Below, piece after piece: positions 42,961 through 57,018 of a DNA stretch of 64,000 bases. The DNA comes from Eledone cirrhosa (taxonomy: Eukaryota), in the NCBI GenBank assembly GCA_964016885.1, contig OZ024740.1, positions 240,126,001 to 240,190,000 on the forward strand, given 5' to 3'. Within the stretch, counting starts at the first letter, position 1. The number at the start of each line of letters is the position of its first letter. A program made the position numbers and the translations under genes. The notes beneath the pieces are model-generated. The model saw nothing but the letters and a program-made list of their open reading frames with translations. It was not told the DNA's origin and made no database searches.

Positions 42961-43194
42961 TGCTACTGTACGTCTGTATACATATATGTATGTACGTATA
43001 CATACATACTTACATTTAAGTAAGTGCCATACTAAGAGTGAGAAATGAAATTTCGTTTTCATTTTTTTCAACTTATCGTTTTCGGTATGCCTGACCGATT
43101 TAACTCACTCAATATGCAAATTAGGCTGCTCAGCCGTTAATTTTCATAAGGAAAGTATATACTTTCGAACGTTCAACTATCTGGCAGATGGGTA

Positions 43195-43239
43195 AACGGT
43201 GCTGATGATAGCTAACAAGCTTGAAACTAGTACATCGTT
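43195..43239 (+). ncRNA. Minimal type I hammerhead ribozyme, array copy 2
   Basis: Identical to 42642-42686. Confidence 0.8.
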
Positions 43240-43407
43240 CCTGTGTCAGTGTTGAACAAAAAGGTGACGTGGTTGCCTTAACACCGTATGGCATGAATTC
43301 GGGCTGTTCGATTTGTTGACAAACAAACGAACAAAGCAGGCGTTATAATAAACGTCGGCTAAACTGATGCGTGCATATATGTATGTGTACCTGTATGCAT
43401 ATGTGTA

Positions 43408-43475
<68 letters not shown>

Positions 43476-43709
43476 TGCTACTGTACGTCTGTATACATAT
43501 ATGTATGTACGTATACATACATACTTACATTTAAGTAAGTGCCATACTAAGAGTGAGAAATGAAATTTCGTTTTCATTTTTTTCAACTTATCGTTTTCGG
43601 TATGCCTGACCGATTTAACTCACTCAATATGCAAATTAGGCTGCTCAGCCGTTAATTTTCATAAGGAAAGTATATACTTTCGAACGTTCAACTATCTGGC
43701 AGATGGGTA

Positions 43710-43754
43710 AACGGTGCTGATGATAGCTAACAAGCTTGAAACTAGTACATCGTT
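43710..43754 (+). ncRNA. Minimal type I hammerhead ribozyme, array copy 3
   Basis: Identical to 42642-42686. Confidence 0.8.
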
Positions 43755-43922
43755 CCTGTGTCAGTGTTGAACAAAAAGGTGACGTGGTTGCCTTAACACC
43801 GTATGGCATAAATTCGGGCTGTTCGATTTGTTGACAAACAAACGAACAAAGCAGGCGTTATAATAAACGTCGGCTAAACTGATGCGTGCATATATGTATG
43901 TGTACCTGTATGCATATGTGTA

Positions 43923-43966
<44 letters not shown>

Positions 43967-44200
43967 TGCTACTGTACGTCTGTATACATATATGTATGTA
44001 CGTATACATACATACTTACATTTAAGTAAGTGCCATACTAAGAGTGAGAAATGAAATTTCGTTTTCATTTTTTTCAACTTATCGTTTTCGGTATGCCTGA
44101 CCGATTTAACTCACTCAATATGCAAATTAGGCTGCTCAGCCGTTAATTTTCATAAGGAAAGTATATACTTTCGAATGTTCAACTATCTGGCAGATTGGTA

Positions 44201-44245
44201 AACGGTGCTGATGATAGCTAACAAGCTTGAAACTAGTACATCGTT
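44201..44245 (+). ncRNA. Minimal type I hammerhead ribozyme, array copy 4
   Basis: Identical to 42642-42686. Confidence 0.8.
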
Positions 44246-44413
44246 CCTGTGTCAGTGTTGAACAAAAAGGTGACGTGGTTGCCTTAACACCGTATGGCAT
44301 AAATTCGGGCTGTTCGATTTGTTGACAAACAAACGAACAAAGCAGGCGTTATAATAAACGTCGGCTAAACTGATGCGTGCATATATGTATGTGTACCTGT
44401 ATGCATATGTGTA

Positions 44414-44497
<84 letters not shown>

Positions 44498-44731
44498 TGC
44501 TACTGTACGTCTGTATACATATATGTATGTACGTATACATACATACTTACATTTAAGTAAGTGCCATACTAAGAGTGAGAAATGAAATTTCGTTTTCATT
44601 TTTTTCAACTTATCGTTTTCGGTATGCCTGACCGATTTAACTCACTCAATATGCAAATTAGGCTGCTCAGCCGTTAATTTTCATAAGGAAAGTATATACT
44701 TTCGAACGTTCAACTATCTGGCAGATGGGTA

Positions 44732-44776
44732 AACGGTGCTGATGATAGCTAACAAGCTTGAAACTAGTACATCGTT
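44732..44776 (+). ncRNA. Minimal type I hammerhead ribozyme, array copy 5
   Basis: Identical to 42642-42686. Confidence 0.8.
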
Positions 44777-44935
44777 CCTGTGTCAGTGTTGAACAAAAAG
44801 GTGACGTGGTTGCCTTAACACCGTATGGCATAAATTCGGGCTGTTCGATTTGTTGACAAACAAACGAACAAAGCAGGCGTTATAATAAACGTCGGCTAAA
44901 CTGATGCGTGCATATATGTATGTGTACCTGTATGC

Positions 44936-44988
<53 letters not shown>

Positions 44989-45222
44989 TGCTACTGTACG
45001 TCTGTATACATATATGTATGTACGTATACATACATACTTACATTTAAGTAAGTGCCATACTAAGAGTGAGAAATGAAATTTCGTTTTCATTTTTTTCAAC
45101 TTATCGTTTTCGGTATGCCTGACCGATTTAACTCACTCAATATGCAAATTAGGCTGCTCAGCCGTTAATTTTCATAAGGAAAGTATATACTTTCGAACGT
45201 TCAACTATCTGGCAGATGGGTA

Positions 45223-45267
45223 AACGGTGCTGATGATAGCTAACAAGCTTGAAACTAGTACATCGTT
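45223..45267 (+). ncRNA. Minimal type I hammerhead ribozyme, array copy 6
   Basis: Identical to 42642-42686. Confidence 0.8.
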
Positions 45268-45435
45268 CCTGTGTCAGTGTTGAACAAAAAGGTGACGTGG
45301 TTGCCTTAACACCGTATGGCATAAATTCGGGCTGTTCGATTTGTTGACAAACAAACGAACAAAGCAGGCGTTATAATAAACGTCGGCTAAACTGATGCGT
45401 GCATATATGTATGTGTACCTGTATGCATATGTGTA

Positions 45436-45485
<50 letters not shown>

Positions 45486-45680
45486 TGCTACTGTACGTCT
45501 GTATACATATATGTATGTACGTATACATACATACTTACATTTAAGTAAGTGCCATACTAAGAGTGAGAAATGAAATTTCGTTTTCATTTTTTTCAACTTA
45601 TATATAAATAAATAAACCAAAAAGCTGGAATTTACCATCATTCTAGCGGGTCCGGGTAAAGATTTTTCATTCATTTATTT

Positions 45681-45801
<121 letters not shown>

Positions 45802-46399
45802 CTCCAGTTTACACAGCTGTAGAAACGAGTTGCGACGTCACTGGTGCCAAGCTGTATCAGCCTTTGCCTTTCCCTTGGACAAGATCAGTGGCGTGGAGAG
45901 GGGAGACTGGTATGCATGAGAGACTGTTGGTTCTCCAACCCACGCGTGTGTCTCGGGGGGGACTTTCTAGGTGCAATCCCATGGTTATTCCTAACCGAAG
46001 TGGGTGTTTACTTTTATATATATAAGTAAGAAGGAACAAAGTCTCAAGCCTGCATCATATAAAAACTTGATTCACATGTAACAATTGTTTCGATATCGAT
46101 CAATTTAAGGTGCGATCATGATATAAATAAAGTTTGTATATGATAAATATACATGATGTATATACTGCGGTACAAATGGAAAATTTGCCTATAGGTAGGT
46201 TCAACATTGAGCGTTGTCTACTCAACCACGGCCTTTTATATTTCATGGTAATTAGCAACCTATGAATAAAGACTGACAAATCAATGCTTATTATTCCAAA
46301 AGATATTATAGAAAGTAAAAAAATGGATAAAAATTGTTTTAATGTTTTATATAATATTTAAAAGTATCCCAACCAATACAGATAAATCGAAGACTGGCT

Positions 46400-48000
46400 A
46401 TGACTAATGTTTTGTCAATACGGTTTGGCAGATCATAAATTGATGAAACAACTTAATGATTTACTACACCCATTCCGAAACTGTCTAAGCGACAAGGAAC
46501 TAGACTATCTCACCAACTTTATGTGTAAAACAAATTAATCTCTATGGATTACCGAAAATACACACGACTGAACTGTTGAGTGAGACTTGCAAAAATACGA
46601 AAACCAACCAATTTAAAACTAAGACCCATCATAGCAGGCCTGATTTGTGAGACACATCGCCTAAGTAACTTCTTAGATATCTTATTGAAACCTCTCCTCA
46701 AACGCATTCGGAGCTTCATATGAGATGATCTAGATATACTCAACCATCTACCAAAACACTTACATGGTTACATTGGATGTTGTAAACTAATAGAGTGGAA
46801 TTTTACACGACTAGGGAATCGAGGTTATCAAATAGTGACTGGACACATTCCCCTATGAGCTACCAAACCATCTTCAAACCGACAAAAGTCCGGAACAGCC
46901 ATGGGAACAAACGTTGCACCAACGTAGTCATGGGATACCATTATTTACAAGTCTACAAACAAACTTTACAAATTTATGGGAGCAGATTCAGTAGTTATAT
47001 TAAAAAATTGAAAACGATACCTGAATGACTGTTTTATTCTGAGGAAGGAAAATCTTGATGAACCCTCATCAATAATATGAAATATAACATCCAATTCCCT
47101 ATGGATTCCTTTCTCAGACATACTAATAACAAAATAAAACTAAAAGCTAGAGGCTGACATATTTTAAACCCACTGATTCAACAATATCTCCTTTTTACAT
47201 ATTCTCATCCAACACATACATGTAACAATATTCCACTTAACTTAGCTAAGCGTATCTGAATAATAGTTTCAAGCCCAACAATAAAAGACCACAGACTGAA
47301 TAAGATAAAAAAAATACTCATCGAGAGAAAATACCCTCAGAATCTAATTAATTATAACATTCAAAAAGCAAGATAAATCAATATCCAAATACTCCGAGAT
47401 ACAAAAACAAAAATAGAAAAAAGGTCATATCATACATTTCAATTTTTAACCCAATGAACACAGAATTCCACTAAACCTACCTATCCTACTAAAGGGCAAA
47501 AAATAATGAAAACACAAAAAAAAAAATTATAAAATGTTAATGACAAACTAAGCTACTAAAAAAAGATGCTAACAAATGCAAAGCTGCGAACCGGAATTAA
47601 AGAACCTGAAGTGAAGAGACGCAACCAACCCAATTGTTCGGTGTACAGCTATCTATTATAAGGCCTACAATATTCCACTTCAAAGAATGTCTCGTTTACA
47701 AAATGACTTCTCGTATAACACATAATTTTAATATATATTATAACATGTAAGGGTTACCATGAACACTATATTAGGCCAAACAGGACTAACACGCTGACAG
47801 TTCACCGCCAACAAATTTGATATCTATACAAAAGAAAGATCCCTTTTAGTTAACATATAAAGAAAGGTGGTTGGCGAACTTTACCAAATATCAATGTCTT
47901 GTCATTCTTCGGATGTTGCCAGTCAACATCAAAGAGAAACTGCATGACCAAAGAAAAGTATTTTTATAGAAAACGTTAGGCCAAAGATGACGCTTTGCAT
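46400..48000 (+). mobile_element. Degenerate Penelope-like element (RT plus GIY-YIG endonuclease)
   Basis: Manual translation across stops and frameshifts gives PKIH, LRPIIAGLICETHRLSNFLDILLKP (46619), GTAMGTNVAP (46892), RYLNDCFI (47015), KPTDS, NNIPLNLAKRI and the GIY-YIG-like LIYIITCKGYHEHYI/GQT (47728). Confidence 0.85.
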
Positions 48001-48039
48001 ATATAACCTTTTAGTTTTCTCTTTCTTTTTCTCCCTCTT

Positions 48040-48131
<92 letters not shown>

Positions 48132-48205
48132 TCTCTCTCTCTCATATATATATGTTTACAAACATACAAACCGAGCATTATAATAAATGTTCGGTAAACC
48201 GATAC

Positions 48206-48242
<37 letters not shown>

Positions 48243-49123
48243 CATGTATGTATATATATATACATACTACTGTACGTCTGTATACATATATGTATGTACG
48301 TATACATACATACATACTTATATTTATATTTATATATATATATTTATATATATATATTTATATATATATATTTATATATATATATTTATATATATATATT
48401 TATATATATATATTTATATATATATATTTATATATATATATTTATATATATATATGAGAGAGAGAGAGGGGGGTATAGAGATAGTCTCGTGTATATAATA
48501 TTGTGAGCTGAAAAACTCCAATTAATTAAGATTGTCCTTTGACTTTCAGAACAAATCCCACCAGATACAAATCAAGATATCGTTGATATTTTGATTTGTA
48601 TCTGGTGAGATACTTTTAAATATCATATAAAACATTTTAAATCTTTTTATTCGCTTTTCGCTTTGCGTTCTATGCATTTTTTTTTTTACTTTTTATGTTT
48701 TGGTAATAATAAGTATTGATATGTTAGTGTTTCTTCGTTGTTTTAATTACCATGAGATATAACTAACGCTGGTTGAACAGCCAACGCTCAACGTTAAACC
48801 TACAAATGGACAAATTTGCCATTTGTACACCAGTATAGTAAGAGTTTTCTACAGCAAAAATGTTCGTTGTTCTATCATCAACATCTTAGAGGGCTAAGAT
48901 AAAGGATCGGACGGATTAGTCACATGCTTTGATTTATTTATAGGTAGCATTCTTCTTCCTCTTTTCTAGAAACTCGCGCATGACACGGACGGGTGTTTTC
49001 TAGTTGTATATATCATTACATGCCATGGCAAGGTTTCATAATGTCGTTTCCTGTATCCATTACATTTAATAATAGATATTTTGATTAGCGTCTTGTGGAA
49101 TACTTTTGAATTATATACGTGTG

Positions 49124-49249
<126 letters not shown>

Positions 49250-49644
49250 AGTATGTGTGTGCGCGTGTGAGTATGTGTGTGCATGTGTGTGTGACTGTGT
49301 GTGTGTGTGTGTGTTTGTGTGTGTGCATGTGTGTATGTGTGTGCGCGTGTGAGTGTGTATGTGTGTGCGCGTGTGAGTATGTGTGTGCATGTGTGTCCGT
49401 GTGTGTGTGTATGTGTGAACAAGAGAAATAGAACGAGAGTTCAAAACAATATAGAAGAGAAGACAGGCAGCTAACAAAATACATGTATAAAAATGTAAAA
49501 CACGTGTCTACAATGTAAATATTTACGTTGAATGAAAAGACGAGAAAAGGATTAAAAACTTTATGGAGGTAGAGTAAGAGGAGTAAGGTAAAATGATGAA
49601 CGATTCCAAGTTGTTGAACAGACGTGTTTGTACATCTATCCATC

Positions 49645-50242
49645 CGCACATGGTGGCTGCCAACTCGTTTTCGAGTACGGCCACTACTTTATATCCATGT
49701 AGAAGAACCCCTACTGATGCGCTGAACGAGTGTGGCTTTTTAGTCCAGCCAGCGACTTGGAAACTCTGGTACAAACACTACACTTGTGACAATTATTGAC
49801 ACAGTGCTGGGCCCATGGTATCATGTGACGACAAATGCAGAGAGATCTCCAGATATAAAGCAATGCCTGTGCCGTGAAGCTTTTATAGTGAGCAAAGGCA
49901 CTGCACAAAGCCAGTCCCACTCTCTTAACCAAGATGATATTTACCAAAAAGAAGAACAAGTCAACATCATTGGATACCATCAGGGTTGCAGGTGTTATAT
50001 CAGAGTTTTCCTTCTCCTAGAATTCTGCCTTGACAAAGGCTAAGGGGTTATCTCTCCCGGTGATTTTGGATGGCCATTGACTCATAAGAGCTCCTTTGCC
50101 CTTTGACAGGTTTTGTTTTTAGTCCTGCAGGATGTCCAAAGTCACCCTCCTCACCAAGAAAACTTGGTGGGGTTGCCAGTTTAGTCGCCAACGACCCGAC
50201 CATGGGACAGGTTGTACTGGAATACATGTTACCAGTAGCACC
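49645..50242 (-). mobile_element. Internally deleted RTE-type LINE (putative 5'UTR, endonuclease remnant, C2H2 finger, 3' end)
   Basis: CSVCTRVSKSLAGLKSHTRSAH. The 3' end ggccgtactcgaaaacgagttggcagccaccatg matches the RTE tails at about 23356 and 24295. Confidence 0.7.
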
Positions 50243-50261
50243 AATTAGTGACCTGACATGC

Positions 50262-50356
50262 AATGGATGACAATTTCTTTTCTTGTACAACCTTGCCACC
50301 AGGAAGGTGGCCGGTCAAAAAAAAATATACTCGAATTTAAGAGAAAGAGATAACAT
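50262..50356 (+). mobile_element. 3' terminal fragment of the R4/Dong-like element followed by (ATAC)n
   Basis: Closely matches the reverse complement of 21006-21095 (tacaaccttgccaccaggaaggtgg.cggtcaaaaa...gagaaagagataacat). Confidence 0.8.
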
Positions 50357-50672
50357 GCATACATACATACATACATACATACATACATACATACATACAT
50401 ACATACACTCATACATACATACATTTCATTACATACAAACATAGAAAGACAGGCGGTGGGGGTACAGTGAAGTATAGAGCGGTTGAGAGAGGGAGCGAGA
50501 GAGACATGTTGATTTCATTGAATAACAAAAAAAATAAATATAGATATTTAAATGAAATATGTTTTCTATCGCGGGACACAAGATTTGTTTTGGCAAATGC
50601 ACTGCACTCATTATGGTGTAGCACGAAGTTTCGTCAGTCGGAAAATGTAAGAGAATTTGGATTCGCCCAGCC

Positions 50673-50775
<103 letters not shown>

Positions 50776-50940
50776 TACATACATATATATATATAGTAAT
50801 AATAATTAATTTGAAGACTAAACGTAACGTTTTTCGAAATCTTTACTTCTGCGTTCACAGATTGATTTTTTTAGTTTCAGAAGATCCCGTTAAGGGTGAA
50901 GCAGCGATTCTTTGCTTAAACTTTAATCTGTTATTTTAAC

Positions 50941-50972
<32 letters not shown>

Positions 50973-51006
50973 ACAGATATAGATATATAGATATATATAT
51001 GTACAG

Positions 51007-51095
<89 letters not shown>

Positions 51096-51096
51096 C

Positions 51097-51174
<78 letters not shown>

Positions 51175-51190
51175 GTAGATAGATGGATAA

Positions 51191-51265
<75 letters not shown>

Positions 51266-51511
51266 CTCTCGACTGTAAAGACATATGGCATAAAAGAAAC
51301 TGCGAAATTTCGTAACATTCGGATATAATTTATGTTGTTTCGCTTTTACATTGTGACTCGATAAATATATTCTTAGCTAAAACTAGAATATTAATATATA
51401 TCATTTTTCAAAGTACATCACAAATGTATTTTCAAGCTAAGAAAAATACTGGAGTGCACAATAAGCATGTTTCATATATTGTAGACTTAATAGTATAAAA
51501 CACTTTTGAAG

Positions 51512-51600
<89 letters not shown>

Positions 51601-51795
51601 CGCGTGTGCGTGCGCGTGCGTGCGCGTGCGTGCGCGTGTGTACGCGTGCGCGCGTGTGCGCGTGTGCGCGTGTGCGTGTGTGCGTGTGTGTTAAAGTTCG
51701 AATGTCTAAAGAAACACGATATATTTATAGATAAACATTTAGTGCAAAACACCGGAGCTATCACTCTCTGGAGGTGTCCAGTAGCAAGGGAGACA

Positions 51796-51839
51796 ATCGT
51801 CGATGCATTTCGAACTTAACAGGTTCTCATCAGGACGAT
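51796..51839 (-). ncRNA. Minimal type I hammerhead ribozyme with canonical core
   Basis: Minus strand ATCGTC-CTGATGA-GAAC-ctgttaa-GTTC-GAAA-TGCA-TC-GACGAT. Stem I is a perfect 6 bp, with G10.1-C11.1, palindromic ATGCAT and an AUC triplet. Confidence 0.85.
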
Positions 51840-52267
51840 CCCTCCCACACTTGCGACTGCTGCACTTGAAAACAGCCGAGAATATATAGTTTTCTCGTCT
51901 GTGTAAATGAGGTGATTAATCTCATTTGCACATGAAGCTGCATAAGTTGGCTCAACTTATAATAGAATAGAATTAGGATTTAATTTCAGGCATAGCTGGA
52001 CACCACCGGAGGGCGATAGCCCTGGTGTTTTGCATAGCTACGGCTTTCTAAATGTTTATCTATAAACATACCGTGTTTCTTTAGAAATACGAAATTTAAT
52101 ACATATCTGTATACAGCTATGCCTAAAGCGAAATCCTATTCTATATATATATAGTAAAAGCTAAATTCTATTATCTCTCTCTATATATATAGTAAAAGAC
52201 CGATAATTTTCAAAACGTCGGTACAATGCGGTAGAAAAATACGAAGGGAAAATGATAATAATATATA

Positions 52268-52368
52268 CAGGTTGTCCCCCAAAAATGTATACATATTGTG
52301 ATTACCTGTACAGGCAATATTTATTAGAATGCTGTTGAAGTTTGTATACATTTGGGGGCTATACCCTG
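52268..52368. mobile_element. Short Tc1-like MITE remnant
   Basis: Imperfect TIRs caggttgtcccccaaaaatgtatac / gtatacatttgggggctataccctg. Confidence 0.45.
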
Positions 52369-54248
52369 CATATATATGCATGTGTGTATGTGTGTGTGTA
52401 TTAGATTAATTTTTATTCTATTTCAGTATTTTATTTTACTTTATGTTTTTATTTTGGCATTTTTAGTATATGTTAATATGTTGTTTCATTTCAATATTTT
52501 ATTTTAACATCTATGCTTCGAAATATATTTTTATTCGGTTATGTCTATATTATGTCAAGTTAAACTGAACTATGTTCACTGTGTACTCTAGTCGATTTAT
52601 CTTCCATTATTTTTTTTTTTTTCGTATTTTGCTTGAAGATAAATTCCTACGTCAATTAATGTTTCAAGACTTGGCTTCTTCTACGTGCCACTATCATCAT
52701 TTTAATCAGATGATGATAGGTCCTGAAATATTAATTGAAGTAGGAACGTGACATACTCACAATTAGGTATTTCCCTCTGCAGTTCTCTAATCATTATTCT
52801 GTTATCCTTCTTAATTCTAATGCCACACAGATATAATATGAACCTGGATGTACTCCATTGGCATCATTGATTAATATATAAATATTTATTTCTTAAGTCT
52901 AACACTGTAGAGACTTCCGTTCATGTACCCAATTCATCTTACCTTTCCAAGTCTGAAAGCCAACAAAGAACCCGTAATGTAATCACCCAACCTGCTAGAA
53001 ACAATCTTAAAATAGCACCCTACTGTCTTGAGAAGAAAAAAGACACATTACATGATGTAATACTAGATACGTAATTCCTGAAAAAATGAGGGACAGTTGT
53101 GCTTGGAACGCCTTTAATCATGAGCATATCCAATAAGAGCTCAAATGGAGCTTAACACCAACAAAGGGTAACTTAACAATAGGATCAGTTCACCGCTTCG
53201 TTATGGCTATAGAAAAGATGAAATTAATGTTTGTCTCTTTTAATTGATTCCGTCTCATCTAACGATAGGCCACGGCGGCATTATATATTTCACTCTCTTC
53301 AGGTAGGGCATCATGACTAAAGCAACTAGAAGTATACTTTACATAGCTTAGTTACTGTCTGCCTCTGTTTCTTTGCTTATGTTGTGGGACATACAGGCAG
53401 TATTACTGAATCAAATGTTTCTTGCTTCTTCTAATAGAATGTCCAATGAACGATAACTGCCTATAAATCAGTGTATTAACTAGTGGGGAAGTACTTGTTT
53501 GCTTGTATACTGTTGCGTTTTCAACGGACGTGTGCCCTAAATGCAATGTTTATGTTGTATCAGTTTGACACAAAGCAACAAAGCTGGTCCTTTGATTTAC
53601 AAGTACAATCCAGGGAGAAAGAGAATGAATGAGAACCTACTCCAGTAATGGACTAGTACTTTATTTATCGACCCTGATAGGGTGTAAGGCAAAGCAAACT
53701 TCGATGGGATTTTAACTCAGAGTGCAAAGAGCAGGAACGAATGGGACAAGGCATCCTATCAGAATTCTACCAATTCACAACCTTTTGTTGTTAAGAATGT
53801 AGCAATGATCAGAGATTCTATAAAGGGTGGCATAATTTTTAAGGTGTCAAGGTTTTGCTTTATCAAAGATGCTATAAATAATTCTTTCTAATACAGCCTC
53901 AAGGCTAGAAATTTGAAAGAAATAAACAGGCGATTATATTGAATCCAGAACTTTACGAATACTTAGTTTATTGATTCTAGAAGAAGGAAAGCTATTGCCG
54001 ACCTCAACGAGATACAAGCCCAGAATGCTTTGGAATGTAATTGGATACTACAAAACATTTGTCCTAACGATGTACAGATTCCGCTATTCCATCAGCCCCG
54101 AGATGTTACAATAGTAATTGTTTATAACTTCGATAGGGAAAATCCGATTGAATCGACACCAATACCGACTGATACTTTATTTTATCGACCTTCAATAGGT
54201 GAAAAGTAAAGTTGGCCGTGGCAGGATTTTCATTCAGAACGTAATGAA

Positions 54249-54299
54249 CCCTAACGACGCCCTAACGACGCCCTAACGACGCCCTAACGACGCCCTAAC
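54249..54299. repeat. 11-bp minisatellite (CCCTAACGACG) x4.6
   Basis: Direct reading. It abuts the head of a diverged SINE A copy (about 54115-54245, minus strand). Confidence 0.9.
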
Positions 54300-55253
54300 A
54301 GCTTTGGTTTTATACGTAATAATACCACTTACACGAACTGCGTGACTGCATAATAGAATAATCAGAATTTGTAATTTGTAAGTGCCTCCATAATACGAAG
54401 CAATTATTACAACACAGAAAAGGTGCAAGATAGTGATATCTTTTGGAGCGAGCTAAATTTGGCTAACTATGAGGACATGAAAACTGAAAAAAAATAGATT
54501 CCTACTCACTGATATATTTACCAAATATACTATGCACCCAAAGAGAAGCGTGGGCAGAATTGAAACTTGAACTGGGGCCCTTGTAGACCCCAATGAAATG
54601 TTCCAGTTACTGAGCCAAATGCCAGTGTTTCTTCTTGAAAATACATAAAGCGAAGTAAAGGTTCTCAACAAACAGATGCTTGACGGAAGAAGAAATATTT
54701 TAGTGTCTCACATATCAAATTTAACTTAGCTGCCTTCCTGTTAATAATAGTTGTACATAACTTCATTTATATAACTGGCAGTAGTAGTTAGGTCTCTCTG
54801 TACCACAAAATATGTGTCTCACCGAAATACATTCTTTGCTTTGTTAAGTTACTGCAATTTATTGCTGTTTTTTTTTTATCCTTTCATGTTTTCATTTTTT
54901 TTTTTTTTTCATGATTAAATCGTAATAGAGGAAGATATCAGATGGAATGGCGTAACATAGCTGTGCTCTTTTTAATAGCATTTATGATTGAGGCGTGAGA
55001 GGGGAATTGGGTGATCGGGCTATAAATTCAATTCTTCGGGAGATTATGGAGAGCACTGAACGGATAAATTAAATAAAAGAATACCCAACAAGTTTCACAA
55101 TATATATTTGTTAATATATTATTGATATAATTTTTTATTGGTTTTTATATATTTTTATTATTGCAGTATATTAGTTATATGGTTTGGGACCTCCATGATT
55201 TCCGACGACGAATGTCCGATGTTCGTAAAATTAACGTGCAAATGGATATATAT

Positions 55254-55297
<44 letters not shown>

Positions 55298-55437
55298 ATA
55301 CTTTGGGAGGGTCATGTTGCCAATAAGAAACACACGCACCAGTTGCTTTCACTTCAATTTATTATATATAAGTATAACAATATCGGTTTCAACACACGAT
55401 TTCAGATAAAGAATCTTGCTAAACAAATTCAGAAACG

Positions 55438-55478
<41 letters not shown>

Positions 55479-55946
55479 TATTTATATTTATATATGCTTT
55501 GCGGTATTCTTTCCAGCTCTCTGCCCTCTGAGTTCAAATTCAACTAATGTCAACTTTGCTTTTCATCCTTTCGAAGCCGATAAAAAATGTACCAGACCAG
55601 TACTGAGGACGATTCTTCCTCTATCTGTCTTTCTCGTTTCCTTTCCGTCTCGCTTTGTCTGAAAGAAATCAGATGTGTTCAGTCATGGAGAACGATAGCA
55701 TCCGTCAAATTTAAAATGCCCAAGTCACGCCGTATGTAACAATGGCGTAACTACGACCCCATTAAGGATTATGCGTCCATAGAATATAAACTAAAACAAA
55801 AATCTCTTCATTTTGTTTCTTCACTGAGATCGAAATTGAATCGCCATACCGACATGGCGATTCAATTTCGATCTCATATCTTGTTAGTGTTTAGTGGGTT
55901 TGGTGAAATGATATACTTATGTCGCTTATTATATAAAATGATATAC

Positions 55947-56135
55947 TTGTTTCTACTTTTGGCACAAGGCCAGCAATTACCCCAGTGCATTACTGGTGCA
56001 TTATTTTATCGACCCCGTAAGGATGAAAGGCAAAGTTAACCTCGGCGAGATTTGAACTCAGACCGTAAAGGGCCGTAAGTCCATGCTGCAAAGCATGGCG
56101 TCCTACCTTCTACCGATACTGCCAATCCACTGCCC
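55947..56135 (-). mobile_element. SINE family A copy
   Basis: Full family sequence on the minus strand. Confidence 0.88.
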
Positions 56136-57018
56136 TTAACATTATATAACATTATGTAATGTTATGTGGTCATAACATTATATAATGAAATATTCATACT
56201 TAAAATTCATACTTTTCCCCGCCACACTTTCATGTAGGAGATTAAGATAAATAGATGCAATAAACGTCGTGAATTCAACTCTTTTCACTTCGGTCAACAG
56301 ATGCTGCCTACTTTCTTTAAATTATTCTAAGCTCCTCTAAGCTCGCTGCTTTGTAATTAACTTCATTCTAATACTATCATGTCCCTTGTAATTGTGTGTG
56401 TTAAGTAAATTACGGTACATTTAACAGCGTCGCATTTAACCTCGACATCGTTATGTAAAGAATATTCATAAAACTAAAAAGTCTTGCATGATAATTCCAA
56501 CTTAATGAGCCACCCAGCAGTAGGCGTTCTCTTGGCGAATATCATGGGAATAATGTACTAGAGTGGGGTGATTCACCCATGAAAGAAAGTAATGAAAGAT
56601 AATTCGGTTATTTGAAAAAAGACCAAAATAAATATGAAAATAAAACGTATTTCTAATTAGTGAGTCTTAGGAATATGCAAAGACGTTAAACATCTGACTA
56701 AATATCAAGAATTTTTTTTTAATTTGAGCTTTGTTTTCTTTATTTGTCTGTAATCCATAAAAACAAATTGCAGCCAGACCGACCATCAGTGTGAGCTCCA
56801 ATACATAAATTAGTTGTGTATTGTTTAACCACAAGTCGGCTCTGATTGACATTACCAATGTTCAAAATTATTCCAGCCATACTAGATATACTAAGGCTAT
56901 ATAATATATAGAATGGCAATATAGAGGTGTCCATATGTATCTAACGTGCACTTAATATTTTAAAAGTTATTAGGGTGTGATGCGAGGATTATCTGGCTGC
57001 TCCTCCTAAAAATTAAAC

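Noticed and set aside
52700-52740. Degenerate hammerhead (CAGATGA...GAAA) within an inverted repeat at about 52644-52746
   Set aside because: The core is mutated and stem II is poor. It may be a dead relic but is not supportable as a feature.
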